Assembly (NCBI GenBank): GCA_018238155.1
Contig: JABCTZ010000046.1
Span: 160,001-224,000 of the forward strand
Length of the DNA stretch: 64,000 nt
Direction: 5' to 3'
From: Candidatus Heimdallarchaeota archaeon
Lineage (GTDB): Archaea > Asgardarchaeota > Heimdallarchaeia > JABLTI01
A program made the position numbers and the translations under genes. Shown in pieces: positions 1 through 9,916 of this stretch (positions are counted from its first letter, which is position 1; each line of letters opens with the position of its first letter). The notes under the pieces were generated by a model. It did no database searches. It was not told the origin of the DNA and saw nothing but the letters and a program-made list of their open reading frames with translations.

Positions 1-139
1 CTAAGTCAACCTCTTGAAATTCGATATTTGGTTTCGCCTTTTCAGCTTCAAAAACAATTTCTTTCAAATCAGAATTATCTTTTCCATCCTCAATCATAGA
101 ATCTGAACCATTTTCTTCGGCAGTATAATTTTTATTCAA
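1..139 (-). CDS. 5' part of a CDS running off the window edge (hypothetical, acidic N-terminus)
   Basis: Open frame from TTG at 139 (MNKNYTAEENGSDSMIEDG...IEFQEVDL) preceded by GAGG; no stop before base 1. Confidence 0.55.
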   Translation of the reverse strand, partial: MNKNYTAEENGSDSMIEDGKDNSDLKEIVFEAEKAKPNIEFQEVDL

Positions 140-311
140 GTTCGAGTCAATGCCTCATTAAAACAATTTAACCTATTTTGTATTTATTAGGCTTAGCTCT
201 TAAAGATTATTATATAGAAGAGTAAAAAAATTTCGTTTTATATTTTAGATTATTATCTCAATTCAATAAAAGACAAAAAACTGATATTAATTAAAGCTTT
301 TAGTACTAATC

Positions 312-1073
312 ATGGTACCAAATACTAATCTTTCAAAATATGTTCCCTATGAATTACTCTTAGATATTAATTCAAAGAAACTTAGTAAAGCAGGCGATAT
401 TGAATTAGATTTCGCTGTAAGAAAATTATTCGATATGAAAGAAGTTATTTACGATCAAAAATGGGTGAACCGACAAGAGAAAAATTTTGATTTATATTAT
501 ATGTATCGAGATTTAACACGAACACAAGACAAGGAAATCTTCCAAGAAAACAATGTTCGATTTGATGTTACGGTCATACCTCCTCAAACTTTAGGAAGTG
601 AATTTGTTAAAACCGCAGGTCATTTTCATCCCGATGCTAAAGAAGGAGTTGGTTTTCCTGAAGTGTATGAATTAATGTTTGGCGAAGGTATTTACCTTTT
701 ACAAAAAGATTCCATTGAAAATAATATCATTGAAATCATGATTGTAAAAGCAAAAGCAGGTGACCAAATATTAATCCCTCCGGGATATGGACACATAACA
801 ATAAACCCGTCAAAGACTGAAACGTTAGTTATGAATAATCTAGTAAGCTCTGCATTTAGCTCTATATACGGTTCAATAAAAGAAAAGCAAGGAGCAGCTT
901 ATCTCTTATTGAATAATGGCAGTTGGATAAAAAACGATCAATATACTGAAGAAATAAATATTCTGAAGAGAGAACCGGAAAAAATAGTGAACAAGCCCTT
1001 TTACTTATCTTTTATAGAAAGCCCAGATAAGTGGATATATCTAAATGAACCTTGGACTAAAAAGAATTGGTAG
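312..1073 (+). CDS. pgi: Cupin-type (archaeal) glucose-6-phosphate isomerase
   Basis: LYYMYRD, RFDVTVIPP, EFVKTAGHFHP, PEVYE, IPPGYGHITIN motifs of cupin GPI. Confidence 0.9.
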   Translation: MVPNTNLSKYVPYELLLDINSKKLSKAGDIELDFAVRKLFDMKEVIYDQKWVNRQEKNFDLYYMYRDLTRTQDKEIFQENNVRFDVTVIPPQTLGSEFVKTAGHFHPDAKEGVGFPEVYELMFGEGIYLLQKDSIENNIIEIMIVKAKAGDQILIPPGYGHITINPSKTETLVMNNLVSSAFSSIYGSIKEKQGAAYLLLNNGSWIKNDQYTEEINILKREPEKIVNKPFYLSFIESPDKWIYLNEPWTKKNW

Positions 1074-1092
1074 ATGGTAGGGAAGGATTTCT

Positions 1093-2112
1093 TTGGTGAA
1101 TGAGTCAAAAGTAGAAAAAGAACTAATACTTGAAGTAAAAGATCTTCGAACTTATTTCTATGGTAGTGATGACGTTGTGTGGAAAATATTAGATGGAATC
1201 AATTTCAAATTGCACAGAGGTGAGACTTTAGGTATAATGGGTCCATCCGGAGTTGGCAAATCCGTTCTTGCTCATTCTATTTTAAAACTAATAAAATGGC
1301 CCGGAAAAATAGAAGGAGGGGAGATATTCTTCAAAGGCAAGAACCTCTTCAATTTGGAAGAAGAAGATTTTGATGATTTACGTGGCAGAGAGATTTGTTT
1401 AGTAATGCAAAATTCCAGTAACAGTTTGGATCCACTAAGAGATATGACTTATGCAACAAGCCAACCATATAAGGTTCATACTGAAGATGAACATGAGAAT
1501 ATTGAAATTAAGACTCTAGTTATAAGTCAATTAGGTAAAGTTTCTCTACCAGAACCTTCTCAAACATCTGATAAATTTACTCATCAGATGAGTGGAGGAG
1601 AAAACCAGAGAGTAAAAATCGCTACCGCTTTGATTAATAATCCGACACTATTAATTGCTGATGAACCAGTATCAAATTTGGATGCTACCGTTGCTGGAAT
1701 GATCATAGAGTTACTTTATGAAATGAAGGTAAAATTCAAACTAACAATGATTCTCATTACGCATAATCTTGGAGTAATTGCCCAACTTTCAGACAAAGTA
1801 GCGATGATGTATGCAGGTAAGATTATTGAAATAAGTGATGTTGAAACATTCTATCAGAATCCTAAGCATCCTTTTACTCAAGGATTGCTCTATGCTTCAC
1901 CTAGTATGGCTCCTCGAGGAAAATTGAAACCTATTCCAGGAGAAGAACCCGATCCTAGAAAATATCCAACTGGTTGTCATTTTCATCCTCGTTGTAAATA
2001 TGCTATTGTGAAATGTTCAATAGATGAACCAAGCTTAGAGGAATATGACAAAAATCACTTTGTAGCTTGTTGGCGAACAAAAGATATACCAAAATTTGAA
2101 GCTGATTTTTGA
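1093..2112 (+). CDS. Oligo/dipeptide ABC transporter ATP-binding protein (OppD/DppD-like)
   Basis: Walker A GPSGVGKS, MSGGE signature, IADEP, THNLG, HPFT, Cys-rich C-terminus GCHFHPRC...VACW. Confidence 0.9.
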   Translation: MVNESKVEKELILEVKDLRTYFYGSDDVVWKILDGINFKLHRGETLGIMGPSGVGKSVLAHSILKLIKWPGKIEGGEIFFKGKNLFNLEEEDFDDLRGREICLVMQNSSNSLDPLRDMTYATSQPYKVHTEDEHENIEIKTLVISQLGKVSLPEPSQTSDKFTHQMSGGENQRVKIATALINNPTLLIADEPVSNLDATVAGMIIELLYEMKVKFKLTMILITHNLGVIAQLSDKVAMMYAGKIIEISDVETFYQNPKHPFTQGLLYASPSMAPRGKLKPIPGEEPDPRKYPTGCHFHPRCKYAIVKCSIDEPSLEEYDKNHFVACWRTKDIPKFEADF

Positions 2113-2163
2113 ATTATTACATCAATTTTATAGTAATATAGATACTTATAGTCGCTGATGTAA

Positions 2164-2880
2164 ATGAAAGTATTCAAAAATGCTATAGAAAATTTTCTTT
2201 CGAAAGAAAAAATAGGTAGATGTGATTTCCACACACATTCTTTTTTCAGTGATGGTGTACTTCTTCCAATGGAGCTATTACGTCGAGCATTTATTTTTGG
2301 ACATGAAGCATATGCTATCACGGATCATGTAAGTGCATCAAATTTAGATATTATACCAAAATTAACCAAAGATTGTGAACTTGCAATAAAACATTGGGGA
2401 ATACTTGCATTACCTGGAGTGGAATTAACTCATGTCCCTGCAAATGCTATTGAAGAAGTGGCAGAACAAGCGAGAGAGATGGGTGCATTTGTAATCGTTG
2501 TTCATGGAGAAACAATCTCTGAACCAGTCGAACCAGGAACAAATTTGAATGCAGCAAAATTATCAAATGTTGATATTCTCGCCCATCCAGGATTACTCTC
2601 TAAAGAAGAAGCGAGACTATGTAAACAGAACAATGTCTTTGTTGAAATTACTACGAATCCTTCACACTCTATTACAAATGGACATATCGCAAAAGTAGGT
2701 CTAAAAGAGAAAGTAAGTTTCATCCAAAATACTGATACACACAAACCAACTAGCATGTTATCCTATTCTCAAGGAGAAGATGTACTTTTAGGAACAGGAT
2801 TTCATTCAGACATTGTTTCTAAGATACTACAAGATAATGTTCGATCTTTAATTACAAAAATAGAAGATAAAATGTTCTGA
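2164..2880 (+). CDS. PHP-family (histidinol-phosphatase-like) hydrolase
   Basis: DFHTHSFFSDG, AITDH, GVELTH, VVHGET, LAHPG, NTDTH. Confidence 0.9.
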   Translation: MKVFKNAIENFLSKEKIGRCDFHTHSFFSDGVLLPMELLRRAFIFGHEAYAITDHVSASNLDIIPKLTKDCELAIKHWGILALPGVELTHVPANAIEEVAEQAREMGAFVIVVHGETISEPVEPGTNLNAAKLSNVDILAHPGLLSKEEARLCKQNNVFVEITTNPSHSITNGHIAKVGLKEKVSFIQNTDTHKPTSMLSYSQGEDVLLGTGFHSDIVSKILQDNVRSLITKIEDKMF

Positions 2881-2901
2881 AATTTGGAAGAGAAGAAGAA
2901 T

Positions 2902-3190
2902 TAGGGACGAGGAATTTAATCCCCGTCCGTTTAACGAGTGGGTGCCTTTGAAAAAAGTGTGACGAAGTTTTCCCCCCGCCTTGATATTATATTTCACTCG
3001 TTTCTTGGGAAACTCAAGATTTTTTTTATTGTGGAAGGGTTTTAAAGACATTCCTGCAAAAGGAATGTCCGCGTTTTTAAGATTCCCTTGTTTAATACCG
3101 AGGGATGAGGTATTTACAAGTATAACTATGTTGTGAATATTAAAAGGCGTTCTGGAAAATCGCACCCTACTATCTAGTAAAACCTTCCGT
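2902..3190. repeat. Cluster of GC-rich palindromes (REP-like mosaic or structured ncRNA) between convergent genes
   Basis: Hairpins GGACGAGG..CCCCGTCC (2905-2928), AACGAGTG..CACTCGTT, CTTGGG-AAA-CTCAAG, GACATTCCT..AGGAATGTC, TCCCTTG..CGAGGGA, GGCGTT..CGCACCCTAC, long-range GGAAGGGTTTTA/TAAAACCTTCC. Confidence 0.6.
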
Positions 3191-3236
3191 ATATTTATTA
3201 GCATTTGAAAAAAAATAGATGAAAAGAAAGAGAGGT

Positions 3237-3258
3237 TGGATTTCTAGCTAGAAATCCA
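3237..3258 (-). terminator. Palindrome + T-rich tract terminator
   Basis: Perfect palindrome TGGATTTCTAGCTAGAAATCCA just past the stop at 3267, followed by a pyrimidine/T-rich tract on the minus strand. Confidence 0.5.
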
Positions 3259-3266
3259 TAAACTAT

Positions 3267-4148
3267 CTAATTTTGAGACGTTTTCTCAATTTGAGATGCT
3301 GTAGGATCTATCTCTTCTTTAGGTGACGTACCCAATAGAGTTAATTTCCAGAGCATTAATAGCAAACTAAACAGAATGAACCCACCAGCGAGAAGTGCCG
3401 AGAAAGTCCAAATATCGCCAGTTTTTTCGAAGAATGCTTTTTCAGTTACTTGTTTAATTAATGTACTCCATATTATTGGATAAATTACAAGTGGAAGTAT
3501 AAGTGAAACTATTGAAGCAGTAATCTTCGTCCTTTGTATGTATCTTAAAGCTAGATAATGTGCTCCAAGAAGGATTATAGCTGCTAAAATAAGGAAGAGT
3601 ATATTTACAGCAAAACTATTGAATGTTTCTGCACTACCATATTGAGGTAAATTGACAGGAGGAACCATTACATCATCAACTTCTATACCTGTTCCTGGTT
3701 TTAGATAAGTATGTCTATGTATGGGAATATCGTGAATTGCCGGATAGACTAGCAGATAGTTAACAATACCACTTACAACTGATACTGCACCAGCTGAACC
3801 CAACATTATTCCAAATCTTGCAAATGATTTCTTCTTTGGGTCTAGACCCATTGATGTACCAAAAATAACTTCAGCAATAAATATCAAAGTAATTTCGGTT
3901 GGTAATAAAAGAGCTATCATGGAAAACATCGCACCTATTCCAGGCTTAGTAGCATTTCCTAATGGTGGATCGATTACTTCATCAGCATTCGTATCAAGAT
4001 TGGCGTCTCCTTGTACATTGTTCAAGGTAGGTGAAATGAAATCAAGACCATTATTTGCTACAACATGAGAACATCCGACATTCCAAACAACTAAAAATGC
4101 TATTGCTACCACAAAAAAGATCGTTTTAGAGATTGTACTTTTTCGCAA
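3267..4148 (-). CDS. Hypothetical polytopic membrane protein
   Basis: 293-aa ORF, N-terminal signal-like segment plus about 5 hydrophobic helices. Confidence 0.75.
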   Translation of the reverse strand: MRKSTISKTIFFVVAIAFLVVWNVGCSHVVANNGLDFISPTLNNVQGDANLDTNADEVIDPPLGNATKPGIGAMFSMIALLLPTEITLIFIAEVIFGTSMGLDPKKKSFARFGIMLGSAGAVSVVSGIVNYLLVYPAIHDIPIHRHTYLKPGTGIEVDDVMVPPVNLPQYGSAETFNSFAVNILFLILAAIILLGAHYLALRYIQRTKITASIVSLILPLVIYPIIWSTLIKQVTEKAFFEKTGDIWTFSALLAGGFILFSLLLMLWKLTLLGTSPKEEIDPTASQIEKTSQN

Positions 4149-4438
4149 CTTACTGTCCTTCCTATCTTTATTGATTATTTACTTTTACTAACTTATTTAG
4201 AGTTTACGATAATAATGCTGATTTATACCTTTTTCAAAGATTATAAGGTTATTTAATTAACTAATAATTAAAGTTATTTCAAATTATGGTTCATAGGTCT
4301 TTTGTAAGAGTGGAAAATTAATTGTTATCTAAAATGATAACTCTGGTCCTCTTATTCTCAACCAATCTCTTCTTTTTTGAAAGTCTGGACAAAAAACAGC
4401 TACTTCTTTCCAAAAGTTCTCTGAATGATTAGGATATT

Positions 4439-5005
4439 TTAGCATTGCAAATAATTCAGCAATTGCTTCACTAATTGTGCTGTTGCACCCCAAATTGTTC
4501 TTTCATTGTAATAGAAATACCACGTTTCAACTTCTTCATCATCGTCTATTAAGACTATTTTCTTCTCCCATTTCGAAGATTTACAAAGTTCGCTTAAAGG
4601 TACTTCAATAATTTCATCTACTTCCTCTTCATTTCTGATTATGGTAAACGGATAGTCTAACTTAGCAACAAAAGTAGAAAGAAGAATATTTGAGCTAGTT
4701 GTTTTTGTTTGATTCAATTCACCAATAATTTCAAACTTTGATGGTAAAATGCCTATTTCTTCTTCTGCTTCACGGAGAGCACATTGCAATAAGGAATCAT
4801 CGTCTTCATCTTTTTTTCCTCCAGGAAATGAAATTTGTCCTTTGTGTGTTCTCAATCCTTCTGTTCTTTTAGTAAAAAGCATATACAACCAGTTGTCTTT
4901 TTCAAAGATTGGCATAATAACTGCACCTCTTTTAGATCCATCATCAGCTAATTTTAATGGTTTTCTTTCTGAAAGAGAAGTAATTATATCACTGAAAGTA
5001 ATCAT
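4439..5005 (-). CDS. Nudix hydrolase, CoA pyrophosphatase (NudL/PCD1) subfamily
   Basis: LFTKR..LRTHKGQISFPGG, Nudix box ALREAEEEIG, EEVDEI, IWGATA. Confidence 0.92.
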   Translation of the reverse strand: MITFSDIITSLSERKPLKLADDGSKRGAVIMPIFEKDNWLYMLFTKRTEGLRTHKGQISFPGGKKDEDDDSLLQCALREAEEEIGILPSKFEIIGELNQTKTTSSNILLSTFVAKLDYPFTIIRNEEEVDEIIEVPLSELCKSSKWEKKIVLIDDDEEVETWYFYYNERTIWGATAQLVKQLLNYLQC

Positions 5006-5214
5006 TTCAATTCATCTTTAATGCAGAATAATAAGTTTCTAAACAGTAGTGATATTTATGTGAACTAATTTTTAAACTTTACAACACAAACAATTATTTT
5101 CCGCTTTAAAAAGAATAATTAAAACTACATACAAGCATTAATTAGAGAAACAACTTCAGACAATTACCAGCAAAGAGACTAGTTTGAAAAAATATCGGAG
5201 ATATCGATTTCATA

Positions 5215-6228
5215 ATGCAAAGTAATTCTACCAATTTCTATGATTTACTGCAAGATGGAATAAAAGCTCTTAATGACGAGAAATATGAACAAGCTCAAAA
5301 GTTTCTCGAAAAAGCGATTGACCTAGATCCCCTTTCAGTAAGTTGTTTGTACAATTTAGCGGTAGTATACTCAAATTTGGAACAATTTGAACGAGCGATT
5401 CAGAGTTACAAAAAGATCGTTGATTTAGAAGAAACGCCTACAAATCTATACAATCTTGCTTGCGAATATTATAATAACGATGCTTTTGAGAAAGCAATTC
5501 ACTACTATCAGCTAACAATAAATTTGGACCCCGAATACGTTCAAGCATTTGATGGGTTAGGAAGTAGTTACGGATGTATTGAAGAATTCGATAAAGCGAT
5601 TGAAAGTTATCGTAAAGCAATTGAAATGGAAGGAAACAATGCAGGATATCATAATAATTTAGGATGGGCATATGAACTTGCAGGAGAATATGAAATTGCC
5701 ATTATGTATTTTAAAAAAGCACTAGAAATTGATATTATGTTTGTAGATGCGTTACATAATCTTGGCTATGCATACTATTTTCTCAGAGAATATGAAAAAG
5801 CAGTTGATACTTTAGAAAAAGCAATAGAACTTGGAACGTTAAATACTGATACCTATATTAGTTTAGCATATGCATTTGAAGAATTAAAAGAAAACGAAAA
5901 AGCATGTGAAAGCTACCAACAAGCAGTAGAAGTAGACCCGAAAAATAATGAGACAAGATTTCTTTATGCAGAAGCATTACATCAAATTGGAAATTTAGAG
6001 AAAGCAATAGAACAATTAGAAATTATAACCAAAGAAGAACCGGAAAATCTTGATGCATGGAGAGAATTGGGTATTTGTTTTGATTCTATTAAGGAATATG
6101 AAAAAGCAAGTAGCTGCTTCAAAAAAGTGATAAATATAACAAATGGCTCTAGTAAAAAAACGCAAATACATATCAGAAAGAGCCAGATAAAAAAGAAAAA
6201 AAATAAGGATGAAAATCTCACAGAGTGA
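5215..6228 (+). CDS. Tetratricopeptide repeat protein
   Basis: About 9 tandem 34-aa TPRs (YNLA..Y, A...Y.KA..LDP); basic C-terminal tail. Confidence 0.92.
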   Translation: MQSNSTNFYDLLQDGIKALNDEKYEQAQKFLEKAIDLDPLSVSCLYNLAVVYSNLEQFERAIQSYKKIVDLEETPTNLYNLACEYYNNDAFEKAIHYYQLTINLDPEYVQAFDGLGSSYGCIEEFDKAIESYRKAIEMEGNNAGYHNNLGWAYELAGEYEIAIMYFKKALEIDIMFVDALHNLGYAYYFLREYEKAVDTLEKAIELGTLNTDTYISLAYAFEELKENEKACESYQQAVEVDPKNNETRFLYAEALHQIGNLEKAIEQLEIITKEEPENLDAWRELGICFDSIKEYEKASSCFKKVINITNGSSKKTQIHIRKSQIKKKKNKDENLTE

Positions 6229-6248
6229 GACATTCAATTATTTATTGT

Positions 6249-9200
6249 TTATTTTCTACGAGTAAATCGTCTATAGATAACCATTGAAGCACCAGCTAGA
6301 CCAAGTAATGAAAGCATTACAGAAATACCTATTCCAGTTGGTCCTGTTGTTGTTGGAGTGCTTGGAAAATCTTCAGGGTTCAATGGATCAGTACCATGTT
6401 CTACTTCGTAGAAATCATTGAAACCGTCATTGTCTGTATCGGGATCATTTGGTTTAGTTCCAAGTGCATATTCTTCTTCATTAGTTAAACCATCTTGATC
6501 TAAATCTAAAGCAGCATCATTATCATCATTTGGATCTAATCCGTAAAGAACTTCCCAATTATCAGGAAGACCATCCGTATCCGTGTCTGCAAGAAATGGA
6601 TCTGTGCCCCAGAAGTACTCTTCATAATTAGACAAGCCATCTCCATCACTATCAATTGCTCCATCTGTACTGTTAAGAGGATCTAATCCTTCATCAATTT
6701 CCCATTTATCAGGAATAAAGTCATCATCTGTATCCTCTTTAGTAGGATCTGTGAAATGAATATAAACTTCATCACCATCGGTCAAACCATCGTTGTCAGT
6801 ATCATCATCGAATGGGTCAGTTCCAGCAATGAATTCTTCTGCTGTTGTTAAACCATCGGTATCGTTATCTCCGCCTGAATCAAAAACTAACGGATTAAAG
6901 TTATAAAATATTTCCCAACCGTCCCAAGGAATATCATCATCTGTATCATTATCTGTAGGATCTAAACCAACGATATAACCTGTGTTATTAGCTCCAGGGT
7001 TGTTTGGAGAATAGTAACCGAGTGTTTCATTGCCATCTATTACATCATCACCGTCTGTATCAGCTTTTGCCGGGTGAGTAATGAAACCATCATTTCCAAT
7101 AATTACTTCTTCCTCATCAGGAATGAAATCATTATCAGAATCCAAATTGATTGGATCAGATCCATAAACATTAACTTCATCTCCATCTATGATAGTGTCA
7201 TCGTCAGAATCGATATCTAATAGATTACAGAATGTATCATTATCAAAATCAGATAATGGACTAATACCTCGTTCTAACCAATAAGCAATTTCTGGACCGT
7301 CTAGTAATCCATCGGCATCTGTATCATCACTATTTGGGTCTGTACCCCAGATATTCGTTTCACTGTAATCAGCTACAGCATCGAGATCCGAATCCTTACC
7401 AATAATTTCGAATGAATCCAGTGAATCAGCCACAAACACCAATGTATTTGATATAGTTAATTCGAGAGCTTCTCCACCATCATCAAAGTAAGCTGTTTTA
7501 GTGATATTACTTGCGGTTGTAATATTAATCAAAATGACTCCAGCATCTTTAGCTGCAACAAAAAGATCATTTCCATCTAATTTTAGTTTTGATAAATCAT
7601 AACCTGTAGTAAGTTCTGTGTCTGCAAGAACTATAGCTAGTAAATTAGAAATATTGTATAATTTCAAACCTGCAGTTCCATCCGCAATTGCTACTAAATC
7701 GCCAGAAGCATCTATTCCATTTGCAGCTACTGTTACTTGAGTTGCATCAATTGTTGGACTTGTTGGATCGGAAATATCAATAACTTGGAATCCCGAAGCA
7801 CCAACTGCAACATAAGCAAATGTTCCGTCGATAGCTATATCGTTTGGTTTTTCTGCAGTATCTAATGTTGTTTCCTCAAAAGCAGTTGAGGGTGTTGAAA
7901 TATCAACAATGCAAAGATCCTTACCTGTTACAGACATGTAAACGTAATTACCATCTATAACTATATTATCTGCTGCACCTACCGCTACAGTAAGTAATAG
8001 TGTTGGATTTTTTAAATCGGTAATATCAATTATCTTCAATCCACCACTCGTTGCACAGTAAACATTATCATCTTTTATATCAACATCAATGTATTGGTTT
8101 ACTTCATCTTCAAACTTCGAGAGCAGGACTGGGTTCAATGGATTAGTTATATTAATAATATCTATTCCAGTTAAACCTGCAGCCAAAACTGCAGTATTTC
8201 CTGACACAACAGTTGCACTAGGTTCTCCTGCGTATGTAATTTCGCTCAACACAATTGGATCAGATTTATCTGTTAAATCTATCACTTTGAAATCGAAATC
8301 ATTACATAAATAAATGACACTTGTTGCGGATACTATTCCATAAGCTTCCCCAGGAGAATATTGTTCCCTCCAAATATAATTTATATCAGAAATATTTGTA
8401 ATGTTCAATTGATACAAATGTCCACCTGCTCCTGTAGTCAGATAGGATCTCTTTGCAACATCCCATTCAAAAAACTCTGCATAACCGGAACTGATAGTCA
8501 TTTGACTTACATAAGTGATATTTGTTGTATCTGAATAATTGTAAACTTTTAGACCATTTGCCCCATCTGCAACATATAGAATATAGGCACTTGAATCAGC
8601 TGTCCTGGAATCTGTTGAACCATCTTTTAGAACATCAATAAGAATTGGACTTGTTGGTCTAGAAGTATCTAATACTAAAACACCATCTGCTCCGCACATA
8701 AGGAAACAAATATTATTCAAAGGCTCTGCTCTAATTGAGAAAACATTGAGTCCAGAGATACCAAATTTATCTGCTTTTATTTTTGTTAAATTGGATGCTC
8801 CACCTTTTATTGAGAAAATTTCTAAACCGTCCGAACCATCAGCCACATATAAGGTGTAAAAACCGATAAATGTTAAGTCTCTTGCTTCACCACCATCGTA
8901 AAATCCACCTACTTTTTCTATATTGTTCAAATTACTATAATCTATTACCTCTACACCTGTGCCAACATTTGCAGTATAACATAAATAATTCTCTGCAACA
9001 CCAGTATTAACAATTGCATTATTTGTTTCACCACCATCCCAGTAGTTTCCTACAACGAGAGGATCAGACTTGTTTGAAACATCTACAATGGACATTCCGC
9101 CACTTAATCCTGAAGTAAATAGAAGATCTGTTGTTACTCTTCCTTTTGTTACACGATAAGCATTCCCAAAATCTACATCGATTTGACCAATTTTTGTGAG

Positions 9201-9386
9201 ACCATCAGAAAGTGAATTTATTGAATATGTCGGTGGTAATTCGTCGTAAGCACTTTCTCTGATTTCATCTATTATTGGGAGATTAGCGTCAAATTTCCCT
9301 TTAGTACTTTGTAATAAGTAGGTAGAGGATAGAAATATTAAAGCAAGAACTCCTAAAGTAAATATCACATTTATTTTTTTCTTCAT
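6249..9386 (-). CDS. Cell-surface protein with LVIVD repeats and Ca-binding DTDxDG (TSP3-like) repeats, C-terminal membrane anchor
   Basis: Signal peptide; repeated LYVADG..GL..IDIS.P..P; many DTDxDGL.DG.E...GTDP repeats; Thr-rich linker, TM helix, RRFTRRK. ATG at 9386 preferred over GTG at 9395. Confidence 0.88.
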   Translation of the reverse strand: MKKKINVIFTLGVLALIFLSSTYLLQSTKGKFDANLPIIDEIRESAYDELPPTYSINSLSDGLTKIGQIDVDFGNAYRVTKGRVTTDLLFTSGLSGGMSIVDVSNKSDPLVVGNYWDGGETNNAIVNTGVAENYLCYTANVGTGVEVIDYSNLNNIEKVGGFYDGGEARDLTFIGFYTLYVADGSDGLEIFSIKGGASNLTKIKADKFGISGLNVFSIRAEPLNNICFLMCGADGVLVLDTSRPTSPILIDVLKDGSTDSRTADSSAYILYVADGANGLKVYNYSDTTNITYVSQMTISSGYAEFFEWDVAKRSYLTTGAGGHLYQLNITNISDINYIWREQYSPGEAYGIVSATSVIYLCNDFDFKVIDLTDKSDPIVLSEITYAGEPSATVVSGNTAVLAAGLTGIDIINITNPLNPVLLSKFEDEVNQYIDVDIKDDNVYCATSGGLKIIDITDLKNPTLLLTVAVGAADNIVIDGNYVYMSVTGKDLCIVDISTPSTAFEETTLDTAEKPNDIAIDGTFAYVAVGASGFQVIDISDPTSPTIDATQVTVAANGIDASGDLVAIADGTAGLKLYNISNLLAIVLADTELTTGYDLSKLKLDGNDLFVAAKDAGVILINITTASNITKTAYFDDGGEALELTISNTLVFVADSLDSFEIIGKDSDLDAVADYSETNIWGTDPNSDDTDADGLLDGPEIAYWLERGISPLSDFDNDTFCNLLDIDSDDDTIIDGDEVNVYGSDPINLDSDNDFIPDEEEVIIGNDGFITHPAKADTDGDDVIDGNETLGYYSPNNPGANNTGYIVGLDPTDNDTDDDIPWDGWEIFYNFNPLVFDSGGDNDTDGLTTAEEFIAGTDPFDDDTDNDGLTDGDEVYIHFTDPTKEDTDDDFIPDKWEIDEGLDPLNSTDGAIDSDGDGLSNYEEYFWGTDPFLADTDTDGLPDNWEVLYGLDPNDDNDAALDLDQDGLTNEEEYALGTKPNDPDTDNDGFNDFYEVEHGTDPLNPEDFPSTPTTTGPTGIGISVMLSLLGLAGASMVIYRRFTRRK

Positions 9387-9623
9387 AATTTTCACACCGT
9401 TTTTTGCTCAATTTCGGTTCGAATTATTTGTTATTACTTTTCACTACTATATTTTAATTTGTTAAGAGTTGATAAATTTTTTTATAATCTAATTCAACTC
9501 TTTTTCTTTTTAAGTATTTATTAGATTCAGATAAAAAGAAATTCTTTCAATTACTTAAGACTTTTTTCTAAAATGACCTATTGGGAAAACTACTTTGATA
9601 TGAGTTTCAATATTTGAGAGGAA

Positions 9624-9650
9624 CGGTGGGCAACTGTTATCACACCCTAT
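9624..9650. repeat. Degenerate REP-like palindrome
   Basis: CGGTGGGCA-ACTGTTA-TCACACCCTAT resembles the GGTGGGCA..TGCCCACCCTAC form of GTAG-type REPs. Confidence 0.35.
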
Positions 9651-9916
9651 GGACAAATACTTTCGTCAAACTCTTAACAAAGAGGTTTTATAGTGAGTAA
9701 TTGTATAGCTCTTTCTGACAGCAAAAGTCAAAAACCTACTCAAAATACTCCTGCTCCGTACCTCACATAGATTCAAAAAATCATTCTCACAGCTATTCTC
9801 TGTTGAAGTGTCAGAGATGAATTGCATCAACAAACTGATTGTAGTGACTGACAGTTTTGGATAAAGTATTTCAATATATATTGGAATAAGGAAATTATAA
9901 TAAGGAAAGGCATTAA

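Noticed and set aside
2848-3204. 118-aa minus-strand ORF over the hairpin cluster
   Set aside because: No recognisable motif or SD, overlaps the PHP stop, and its composition is explained by the palindromes.
2881-3230. SRP RNA or RNase P RNA as the identity of the structured intergenic region
   Set aside because: Neither strand shows the SRP helix-8 motif or the RNase P GAGGAAAGUCC-type conserved boxes.
6380-7400. Repeated DNA words suggesting a CRISPR array or tandem repeat
   Set aside because: They are codons of DTDxDG protein repeats, not identical repeats with unique spacers.
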